This document shows, one piece after another, positions 9,210 through 19,900 of a stretch of 64,000 nt of DNA. Where the stretch lies: positions 57,021-121,020 of the forward strand of contig JANQHR010000046.1 of the NCBI GenBank assembly GCA_028282585.1, read 5' to 3'. Position 1 is the first letter of the stretch, and each line of letters starts with the position of its first letter. Source of the DNA: Bacteroidales bacterium (GTDB taxonomy: Bacteria > Bacteroidota > Bacteroidia > Bacteroidales > UBA12077). Made by a program: the position numbers and the translations under genes. Below the pieces are notes generated by a model, which saw only the letters and a program-made list of their open reading frames with translations, did no database searches and had not been told where the DNA came from.

Positions 9210-12200
9210 AACTAAAGAGTCTGTTTGTAATTTCTATCACTGCTTTTTCATTTAAAAAATCTATATCAGAAATCTTACAGTTTTTATTGTGCTTGATAGT
9301 AGATATTATTTGTTTAAAATAGTTTGCAAATCTTTTAATTGTTTTGGCTTTAAATATTTCGGCATAATACTGAAAACTTAGATAAATTACATTCTTATAT
9401 TCTTTTACATTCAGTGTAATATCAAATCTTCGTGCATTATCTTCCTCAAAATTGACATAGAGATCATCATTTACACTTAGATATTCAGATTCCGACATAT
9501 TTAACATATTCACTAATACATCAAAAACCGGATTTCTACCGGCTTCTCTTTTTACCTTTAGTTTATCAACTAAATCGTTAAACTGATATTCTTGATTATC
9601 TTGAAGTTCAAGAACAGAATTCTTTACTTCATTTATGAATTCCAACAGAGGTTTATCATTATGAAGTTCGGTAATTACTGGTAACGTATTAACGAACATC
9701 CCTACTATATTTTCTAAATCGTTATGATTTCTACCTGCTATTGACAATCCAACAATTATTTTATTCTGTCCGGAAAGTTTAGAAATCAAAACACTAAAAA
9801 TTGATAGGATAGACATACTTAATGTAACATTCTCCTGCGCACTTAATTTCCTAAGAAACTGAGTATCTTCTTCATTTAAAATTACTCCAACAAATCCTCC
9901 TTTGTTACTTTCAATTATTGGCCTTTCATAATCAGTAGGAAGTTCCAATTTAACAATATTATTCTTCAGTTTATTTAACCAATATATTTCCTGATCTTGT
10001 AGCCGCTTTTTAACCAGATTACTATTTTGCCATTCTGAATAATCATGATATTGTAGATTTAATTTCTTTAACTTTTTATCATTAGTTAATTGTTCGAATT
10101 CTCTTTTTAATATTTCGCTTGTGGTGCCATCACCAATTATATGATGCAAATCTGTAAATAAGTAAGATTTATTACTGGTTTTTATATATGCTACTCTAAT
10201 TAATGGTGCTTTGCCAAGATCAAAAGGTTTTATTAAACTTTTCTGAATTTTATTGATTTCTCCCTCTGCAACTTCATAAATATCAATTTTAATTTCTAAT
10301 TCATCGTAAGTTTTTAATACCGGTTCGTTATTTACAAGTTGAAAACTACATCGGAAATTTTCGTGTCTTTTTACTATTTCATTTAAAATATTCTCAAGTT
10401 TTTCTTGATTTATACTATTTGAGATTGGAATTAAGCTTGAAATATTATATGAAGTAGTTTCCTCATTCATTTTCTGTAACAGGAACATCCTTTTTTGTTG
10501 AGCAGAAAGTACATAATATTCTTTCTTTTCGGTAACAGGGATAGAATAATATTGCTGTAAATTTGATTGTTTAATTAAACTAGATATTTGTCTAATTGAA
10601 CCTGAAGTATATATATCCCTTATATTCAGTTTAACATTAAAATCTTTAAACAATCTAGATATTAAAATTGATGCTTTTAAAGAATGGCCCCCCAGGTCTA
10701 AAAAGTTTGAGTTCATGCCGATTTCTTCTTTTGGCACATTTAAAATAACACTCCAGATATTTAATAAGTTAAACTCTATGTCATTTTGAGGTTTGGAATT
10801 ATCACTATTTCTGTTAATATCATATTCCTTTAACTGCTTTCTTTCAATCTTTCCTGTGTTTGTTAAAGGGAATTTTTCAAGCTGGATAATTCTCTTAGGA
10901 ATCATATAGTCAGGCATCTGACGACTAATCTTCTGCAATAATTCTGTTTCATTTAATTGTGTTCCAGGCTTAACCACATAAAATGCTACAATTTCTCCTT
11001 CGGGTAAATTTATGTTATAATACTCAACAACACTTTTGTAAACCTCTTTTTGCTTGTCGATAATACTTTCAATTTCGCCAAGCTCTACTCTATAACCACG
11101 AACTTTAATTTGTGAATCTTTTCGACCAATAAATTCGATAGAACCATCAGCTAACATTCTACCAATATCACCGGTGAAGTAACATCTCTCATTATTATTG
11201 GCACTTACTTTGAAAGATGAATGAGTTTTCTCAACATTATTCAAATAACCATTAGCTAGATATTCGCTTTGAAAAACTATTTCCCCTTCAATAAATGGTA
11301 ATGATCTTTTATCATCATCTAAGTTTATAAAAACTTGTGTTTCATCAACCGGATATCCAACTGGAATTGTTTCTCTTGTTTGGTCGGTTTCTTTATTTAG
11401 AAAGTTCTGAACTGTAACAGTTGATTCAGTAGGACCTAATCCATTTATAAAGATGCAATCATCAGGTAAGAAGTTTTTAAAGTTTATAAAATCATTTAAA
11501 AGAACAGCTTCACCTCCTAAAACAACTAAACGTAAATTTAAATCACTTTCTTTATCAAATAGCGAAATAAAATATCTATAAACCGTTGGTGTAGAATGAT
11601 AAATTGTTATTTCAGATTTTTTTACCCAATCTAATAAATTAGTTTTTTCGCCTTCCTTTTTCATATCATAGATATATAAGGACGCTCCATTTAATAATGC
11701 TCCATAGATACTCATAACAGCAGCATCAAAACCATAATATGACAACTCGGTAAGTTTATCATGGCTATTTATATGTAATCTGTTTGTGTAGGTTCGAATA
11801 AAATGTAATACATTTCTTTGGCTTTGTATTACTCCTTTTGGATTACCTGTTGAACCCGATGTATAAAGAATATATGCTAGTTCATTTTTGTGCTCCTGAC
11901 ATTCATCACTACTAAAATTATAATCAAATGTATCTGAATATATATCAGAGAGATTAATAATTGTTATTTTCTGAGACAAAGAATTATAAATCCTATTTGC
12001 GACATCAATATTTTCATTATTTGTAAGTATAACATTTACTGAGGAATCTTTAATTATGTATTCAATTCTATTTAGCGGAAACTCTGGATCTATAGGTATA
12101 TAGTAATTTTCTGATTTAAGCACTCCAAGCAAACCAATTATCATATCAATACCATGTTCGAATAACAAAGCTATACCTGTACCTTTTTCAAAATAGTTAT

Positions 12201-13878
12201 ACCGAATAATTTCAGAAGTTTTTTTAATATCTTGTTTTACTTCACTATAAGTACGTTTTTCGCCATAAAAATCAATTGCAGTATTCTCAGAATATTTATC
12301 TGCAATGTCTTCAAACCTTTGAATTATATTATCTTGCTTTTCATTTTTTCTAAAAGGTTCAAATTCTATATTTGGTTTAGGTCTTTCAAGTTTTACTTGC
12401 TTTATATCTTTTTTAAGGTCTAAAATCTTAATTGAATTTTTCTGTTCTTCATTTGAAAATGCTAAAAAGTTAAGTAAATCCGAAAATGCTTTCCCCATAT
12501 TTTCAATAGTGGAACTTTTATAAATTGAGCTGGCATATACCCAGTTTATTTCTAAACAATCTTCATATTCAGTAACAAATAATTCAACTTGAAATTTAAT
12601 AGATTCATTTTCATTACCGTAAGTTCTATTATTACCAACATTCATTGTTGTTTGAGAATTATGAATCATATTAAAAGCAAAAGGTAAATCAGGATATTGC
12701 AAATTCTTTTCTTCAAAAATAGATTCAACCGGATAATTCTGATGCTTAAGTGTTTCGAGCAGATTACTATGTACAGTTCTTATAAAATCCTCAAAAGAAT
12801 CTAAGTTAGATACATTTATCTTAGAAATAAGTGCATTAATAAAATGACCCGCAACATTTTCAAGTTGGCCATTATCACGTCCGGAGCTTATTATGTTTGA
12901 TATTATTTCGGCGCTACCTGTAAAATAAGATAGAATAATATTAAATACTGAATATAATATAGTAAATAAAGTTGTTTCATATTTAATAGCTATATTTTGT
13001 AATTGAGTTTTTGTTTTTTTATCAAGAATTGAAACAAAACTTCTACCAGAATTCTCATCAAACGCACTTACATAATCCTTCACTAATTCACTAATGTTAA
13101 ATTCATTATCGAATTTATTATTCCAAAAATTATATGAACTTTTTTGAAATTCTTTTACACGTTTACTATTTACCTGCCACTCTGAATAATCTTTATATTG
13201 CAATGATAGTTTAGCTAAATTCTCATTTTTCATTAATTGATTAAACTCTGATTTTAGTAAATCATAAGTGCCACCATCACAAATAATATGATGCATATCG
13301 ATCAATAAAAAATTTTGCTTCTTTTCAGTTTCAATTAGCTTAATTCGAATTAATGGTTCACCTTCTAAGTTAAATGGTTGGATAAATTCTTTCTTTACTT
13401 TATGTAATTCGTTTTCTAAAATCTTAACCTGATCTATATTTATTACTAAATCCTTATCTACTATTTGAGCTGGCTCATCATTAATCATTTTAAACCTTGT
13501 TCTAAATATCTCGTGTCTATTTATAAGTTTCTTTAGATTTTTTTGAACATAATTTATATTAGCATCATAGCCTAAATTAATAACATCAGAAATATTATAC
13601 GAAGTACTATCCAGGTTTAATTGTTGTAATAAATACATTCTTTTTTGAGCAAAGGATAACTTATAATATTCCTTTTTTTCACAAGCATAAATTAGATCAT
13701 GTTTTTTACCCGAATCTTTGTCCAAGATGCTAATTATCTGCTGTTTATATTTTTTCAATTCCAATAAGATAGAGTTAGGAACTTTATTCTTAGTTAGTTT
13801 TAAAACCAGTTCCCCATTATCAGTTGATAGAAAAACTCCCAGTTTTTTTAATTCTATCAATAATTCATTTAATTCCAT
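9196..13878 (-). CDS. NRPS subunit: docking domain-C-A-T-C
   Basis: Start more likely ATG 13878 (MELNELLIELKKLGVFL, docking domain) than 13968. C1 HHIICDG; A with YTSGSTGNPKG and unusual NGLGPTES (code about DAMHVGGVTK, unassigned); T FLDLGGHSL; terminal C HHIIGDG. Confidence 0.9.
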   Translation of the reverse strand: MELNELLIELKKLGVFLSTDNGELVLKLTKNKVPNSILLELKKYKQQIISILDKDSGKKHDLIYACEKKEYYKLSFAQKRMYLLQQLNLDSTSYNISDVINLGYDANINYVQKNLKKLINRHEIFRTRFKMINDEPAQIVDKDLVINIDQVKILENELHKVKKEFIQPFNLEGEPLIRIKLIETEKKQNFLLIDMHHIICDGGTYDLLKSEFNQLMKNENLAKLSLQYKDYSEWQVNSKRVKEFQKSSYNFWNNKFDNEFNISELVKDYVSAFDENSGRSFVSILDKKTKTQLQNIAIKYETTLFTILYSVFNIILSYFTGSAEIISNIISSGRDNGQLENVAGHFINALISKINVSNLDSFEDFIRTVHSNLLETLKHQNYPVESIFEEKNLQYPDLPFAFNMIHNSQTTMNVGNNRTYGNENESIKFQVELFVTEYEDCLEINWVYASSIYKSSTIENMGKAFSDLLNFLAFSNEEQKNSIKILDLKKDIKQVKLERPKPNIEFEPFRKNEKQDNIIQRFEDIADKYSENTAIDFYGEKRTYSEVKQDIKKTSEIIRYNYFEKGTGIALLFEHGIDMIIGLLGVLKSENYYIPIDPEFPLNRIEYIIKDSSVNVILTNNENIDVANRIYNSLSQKITIINLSDIYSDTFDYNFSSDECQEHKNELAYILYTSGSTGNPKGVIQSQRNVLHFIRTYTNRLHINSHDKLTELSYYGFDAAVMSIYGALLNGASLYIYDMKKEGEKTNLLDWVKKSEITIYHSTPTVYRYFISLFDKESDLNLRLVVLGGEAVLLNDFINFKNFLPDDCIFINGLGPTESTVTVQNFLNKETDQTRETIPVGYPVDETQVFINLDDDKRSLPFIEGEIVFQSEYLANGYLNNVEKTHSSFKVSANNNERCYFTGDIGRMLADGSIEFIGRKDSQIKVRGYRVELGEIESIIDKQKEVYKSVVEYYNINLPEGEIVAFYVVKPGTQLNETELLQKISRQMPDYMIPKRIIQLEKFPLTNTGKIERKQLKEYDINRNSDNSKPQNDIEFNLLNIWSVILNVPKEEIGMNSNFLDLGGHSLKASILISRLFKDFNVKLNIRDIYTSGSIRQISSLIKQSNLQQYYSIPVTEKKEYYVLSAQQKRMFLLQKMNEETTSYNISSLIPISNSINQEKLENILNEIVKRHENFRCSFQLVNNEPVLKTYDELEIKIDIYEVAEGEINKIQKSLIKPFDLGKAPLIRVAYIKTSNKSYLFTDLHHIIGDGTTSEILKREFEQLTNDKKLKKLNLQYHDYSEWQNSNLVKKRLQDQEIYWLNKLKNNIVKLELPTDYERPIIESNKGGFVGVILNEEDTQFLRKLSAQENVTLSMSILSIFSVLISKLSGQNKIIVGLSIAGRNHNDLENIVGMFVNTLPVITELHNDKPLLEFINEVKNSVLELQDNQEYQFNDLVDKLKVKREAGRNPVFDVLVNMLNMSESEYLSVNDDLYVNFEEDNARRFDITLNVKEYKNVIYLSFQYYAEIFKAKTIKRFANYFKQIISTIKHNKNCKISDIDFLNEKAVIEITNRLFSYGDK

Positions 13879-13972
13879 ATACTTATGAACTAAATTTATA
13901 ATGAATAATAAATTACAAAGCGAATTTTGTTTCTTTTCTGACCTTAAGGTACAAACGTGAATTATCAAATGA

Positions 13973-16900
13973 TTATATTCTTATTTCTTCAGCTCCTTCC
14001 TCTTCAATCAATTCATTATCCGATAGATTATTTATTTCTATATAGATTGCTTGGTCTTTAATAGTAGGACGAATAAAGATCTCATTAGCAGGAATTCTAA
14101 TATTAAAGTTCTTAAAAATCTCTGAAAGCAAGATATTTAATTTTAATGAGTGTCCTCCTAACTCAAAAAAATTATCTTCCGCACCTATTTTATCTGAATC
14201 AATTTTTAAAATATTTCCCCAAACTTTTGCCAATGTTTCTTCAATTAAACCTTCAGGTTTAACATAATTTTTGTTTTCATAATGAACAGAAATTTTAAAT
14301 AATTCTCTATCAACTTTTCCATTTTGATTTAGTGGTATCTCCTCTAATTGCTTATATGTTGATGGAATCATATAATGAGGCAAGCTTTGTGATAATAACA
14401 CTTTAATCTGAGGTAATGTTTCTTTTAGCTTTACATTATTTAATACCAAAAATGCTCTTAGGATCTTTTCTCCAAAGCTATCGTTAATTGCAACAACTAA
14501 AGCTTTTTCAACATCTTGGTGTTTTAGGATACAACTTTCAATCTCGCCTAATTCAATTCTAAAACCTCTAATTTTTACTTGATTATCTTCTCGCCCTTGA
14601 AATTCAATATTGGTATCATTTAATAATCTAACACGGTCGCCTGTTTTATACAATTTTTCATTTTTTACAAATGGATTTTCAATGAAGCTATCGTTTGTTA
14701 ATTCAACTTTATTTATGTAACCTATACCAACGCCTTCGCCTCCTATATATAAATCACCAATGGTGCCAAATGGAACCAAATTAAGTTTTTCATCTAAGAT
14801 ATAAATACTTGTGTTGCCAATTGGTCTTCCGATAGGTAAGCTTGAATAATCTTTATTAATTTTTTTAACCAACATTTCAATCGAAGTAACTGTTGTTTCA
14901 GTTGGGCCATATTCATTATAAAAATCATATTCCTTATTAAATTTCTCAGCTAATCCAACTCTACATACATCACCACCTGCAATAACTCTGTTAAAGTAAT
15001 ATTTTGATTCATTAAGTCCTTCTAAGAAAGAAGGAACAGCATGCAAATGAGTTATATTTTTTCTTAATAAGAACCTGGTAAATTCATCTTTATTCAAAAT
15101 AGATTCTTTACTAACTAAATTAAGATTTGCACCACTAAAGAATGCCAACCATATTTGTTCAACCGAAGCATCAAAACACACTGATGAAAACTGACAAATT
15201 TTCTCAGTACTATTTATTTTGAACTCATCTTTTTGGCTTTGTATTAAATTAACAACATTTCTATTATTTATCAGCACTCCTTTTGGTACACCGGAACTGC
15301 CTGAAGTGTATATGGTATATACTATATCTTCAGTACTACTTGATATATTTATATTCTCATTATCATAATCTTCCAGATTAATCTCATCAACTACAATAAC
15401 TTTTCTTTGAGCCACACCATTAGGAATACCATCTGTTTTTATGGCTAAACCTTCTATTTTTAGTAATGATTCAGTGTTAGGTAATATCCCATTATTAGCT
15501 ATGATCTCTTTTACTATCTCATAAAAAGTAACTTCCCCCTCACCCATACATACCATATCTATATTGGTATCATTTAATAAATCATCATAATTACTTGTTG
15601 CATATGGACCACCTGCTATAATTGGAGCTTCATATCCCCATAAGCGAATCAATGAAATCATTTTATGAAAGAAATCCTTATAAAAACTTAAAGTTCTAGT
15701 ACCAATAACATTAGGTTCAAACTCTTTAATTATTCGTTTTAATTCTAAATTACTATCAAAATCAACTCGAGATTTTATAATCTTGCATTCAACTTGTTTT
15801 CCTAGCTTGTTTTTAAGGTATGTTGAAATATACATTAATCCTAAAGGAGGCTCTACAACGTCATATAATATATCGCTATCGTTAGAATAAAACTGGGACA
15901 AATCAATGAGTAAAATTTTAAGCGCATCATTATTAGCTGGTTCTTCAGGCACAAAGATTTTCTTTATTTTTTCATTTAAATTATTTACATAAGAATAATC
16001 TTCATTTATAAAATTATAATCTTCCAGCTCTTCTATATTGATATTCACAAATTCCAGAAATTCTTGTAATGTATCTATTTTTACAGGTAAGTAACTTCGG
16101 TATTTTTGTAATAACTCATCTTCCGTAAGAACTTTCATTTGATATGGAAGAACTTTAAGAAGACGTTCCTTTAGCAAGAAATAATTATTTAAAAACTCTG
16201 TTTGATATATTAGTGTAAATTCATCTTCAAAAGGCAAAGTTTCAGGTAATTCGTGATAAGCTAAATTTATTGATCTATTGATTACATCTTTAGATATCCC
16301 ATTTTTTAATGCGATCTTTTCCATATCGGTATTCGGGTATATTTTTAATATGTGAACATATGGAAAGTGTAACCATTTAATACTTTTAATAAAATTTAAA
16401 GTGTCTAACGCTTCTGCTGTTGTTTCGCCAGGAAATCCATGCATAGTAAAAAGTTCAAGAATAACTTCAGGATACTTTGAACTAATATATTCTACATTCT
16501 CTTTAAATCGTTCAACATTTAAATTTTTTCCAATAAGTTTTTGTAATCTTTTCGATGTAGTTTCTAGAGCAAGTGCAAAACTAACTGTACCTGCCGCTAC
16601 CATTAAATCAATATATTCTTTGGTTAGAATATCTCCTCTTAACCCATTTGGAAAATACAGTTGTAGCTTTAAATTGTTATCGACAATTAATTGGAAAAAT
16701 CTTTTACTATTCTTTATATCTAAATTGAATATATCATCAACAATTACAAATCTTCGTACCCCGATTTCATAATAAAGCATTAATTCATTAAAAATATGCT
16801 CTGCTGATCTTGTAATATGACCTTTTGGCCATATTTTATGACAATATGCACATTTGTATGGACAACCTCTTGAACATTGTAATACTATACTATTTTTAAC

Positions 16901-19900
16901 CATTGCTTGTCCAATATGTTGATTATACTTTTCATAATCAACTAAAGATCTATTTGGAATCGGATGATTATCCAAATCTTCAATTTGCTTTCTTACAGAA
17001 CTTTTACAAATTTCCACAGGAGCATAATTATCTCCTTTTAATAAAGTAAATGATTTATCTTCTAAAGATTTATTGTCTGTTAATAAAATTGATGTCTGTG
17101 TATCATTTAGCACATTTCTAATTCTTTGGATTGGATACTCTGGTTCGATTGGTAAATATGCTGCTCCAGACTTTAAAACTCCTAAAATACTTATGATCTG
17201 ATTTAACGATCTATCTTGCATTACTCCTACAAAATGATTTTTTCGTATCCCTTTTTCATACAAATATCTTGATAATCGATTCGCACTATCATTTAGCTGC
17301 TTATATGTTATATTCTGATCATTTAAGGTAATGGCTGTTCTATTCTGATTCTTAACTACTGTTTCTTCAAATATATTTATTAGACTTTTGTCATCACTGA
17401 ATTTTCTATTTGTATTATTAATCTTATACAGTAATTCTTTCTTATCAGCCTCATCTAAGATATCTATTTCACTAATTAAGCCATCCGGATAAATACATAT
17501 TTGCTCTATTATACGTTTGTAATATTTTACAATTCTTTCAATTGTTTGGGGTGCAAATAAATTTGTATTATATTCCAATATTACCAGAATATCACTTCCT
17601 TTATCAATTGCATTCCACACCATGTCAAATTTTATTTCACCTTTTTCATGATCTATTAGATCAGCCTTAGGTAAAAACTCTGCCGAAACATATTCAGCAA
17701 TAGTCCAAGCAAACATGATATCAAAAACAGGATTTCTTCCTGCATTTCTTTCTACCGAAAGTTCTTCAATTAAATTTTCGAACTGGTAATCCTGATTCAC
17801 AAAAGCTGATATAGTAGATGATTTAATTTCTGATAAATACTCTTTTATAGTCTTATTTTTATCCGGATAACTTCTTATCGCTAGTGTATTAACAAAATTA
17901 CCTACAATGTTTTCTAAATCTACATGTCTTCTGCCAGCAACGGGAGTACCTACTATAATATCATTTTGATTACTTAATTTGGATAACAATATTTTTAGCG
18001 CAGCTAGCAACAACATATACAATGTCATATCCTGTTGCACAGCTATTTTTCTAACACCATTGGTATTTGCTTCACCTAAAAGAAATTTAACGGAAGCACC
18101 ATCAAATGTTTGTATTAAAGGTCTTTTATAATCTGTTGGTAATTGCAAAACAGGAAGTTCTCCTGAAAGAACATTTAACCAATAGCTCTCCTGCAATTTA
18201 GCCTTTTTAATTTGCTTATCGCTATTTTGCCAATCTGAGTAATCTTTATACTGCAATTTTAATTCGGGTAACTCTATTCCAGAGTATAAATTGATGAACT
18301 CCGACTCTAATATTTCTTGTGATATTCCATCACAAATTATATGATGCATATCTAAAAGTACCAGGTTTTCGTTATTTTCAGATTTTACAACAACTCCTCT
18401 TATTAACGGTGGTGAATTTAACTTAAATGGTTTTATAAAATCCTTCTTTATTTCATCAATATTTACCCTATTAAGATCCTTACAATCAATATATTGAACA
18501 TTAAAATCAACATTTTCATAAATCTTTTGCACCGGTTCTTCATTCAATAATTCAAACCCAGTGCGCAGTACTTCATGTCTTTTAATAATTTTTTTAAATA
18601 TTGATTCAATCCTCTGAATTTTAAAGTCACTATTCATTCTAAACTCCTGTGTCATATTGTATGTAATACTTTCAGGATTCATATTATGAATGATAAATAA
18701 CCTTTTTTGGGCAGATGACAGGGTGTAAAATTCTTTTTTATTTGTTCTATTTATGGAGTAATAATCTTCTTTCTTAGCTCTGGTTATCAACTCCACCTGA
18801 TTCTTAATTTTTTGATTTTCAAAAATATCACGAAGCGAGATACTTACACCAAATTTCTTTTGAATATTTGCTATTAAAACTGTAGCACTCAAGGAATGCC
18901 CTCCAAGTTCGAAGAAGGATTTTCTACTGCTAATTTCTTTCTGAGATATACCTAAAACTTCAGCCCATATATTGGCAAGTAACCTTTCTTTATAACTTAG
19001 TGCTTCATTTTGCTTTTCTTCAATAATTTTTGGTTCAGGTAAACGATTTCTATCAATTTTACCACTTGTCGTTATTGGTATTTTATTAATTCCCACAAAG
19101 TAATCCGGAATCATGTATTTGGGAAGACTTAACATTAGTTCTTCCTTGATATCATTTAAATTTGTTCTATCAAATATACCTTCTGCCTTGTGCGTAATCC
19201 ATACGGCAGTATCATAATACTCTCCGATATTTTTATCTATATTAATCTTTAATGGTGTATGTCCACCTTTAATTATATATATGTCTGAAGATGAAAATGT
19301 CTCTCCGGTCCATTTTTCCCAATCTTCAACAGTTGCTTTAATATATTGCGAATTTTCACAAAACCTAACAACTTCTCCACCCATTTTTTTATGTACTCTA
19401 AACCATGGATCAAATATATCACCTTTGTCATTTAATTTTTTGTAATAATTTTTCAGGTCTAGTAAAGGGAATTTAGACTTCAAAGCTGGTCTTACAGGAA
19501 TTAAAACTCTTTCATAATTAAAAGTTTTAGCAATATTTTGCATACATTTAATTATCTCATAACTTAATCCTACATTTCTGTATTTTTCACTCACAACTCC
19601 AACAAGAGTGAACAAAGTATTCGCATTGTTATTTGGTTCCAATCCCATTTCCAAAGCCCTACTCCAACTGGAAGGTAAATTGTTTTTTGTTTTATCCCAG
19701 TAAATCGGGATTGTATTTCCTGCAGCAACTAATTCTCCATTACTGCTTAAAATACCAAACTGAAATGAACTATATTCTTTATATAATCTTTTCCAGTATT
19801 TTTTTAAGTATATATCTTTCTTTAAAAAAATCGGCCATGTCGAAGCGTGTAATTGTTCAATGGAATCTTCCAGAGAAGGGCATTGCTCAACCGTGCTTAT

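Noticed and set aside
13879-13968. N-terminal extensions in the ORF track (also 53858-53917 and 39580-39624)
   Set aside because: Domain homology begins at the downstream ATG in each case, so the extensions are probably not translated.
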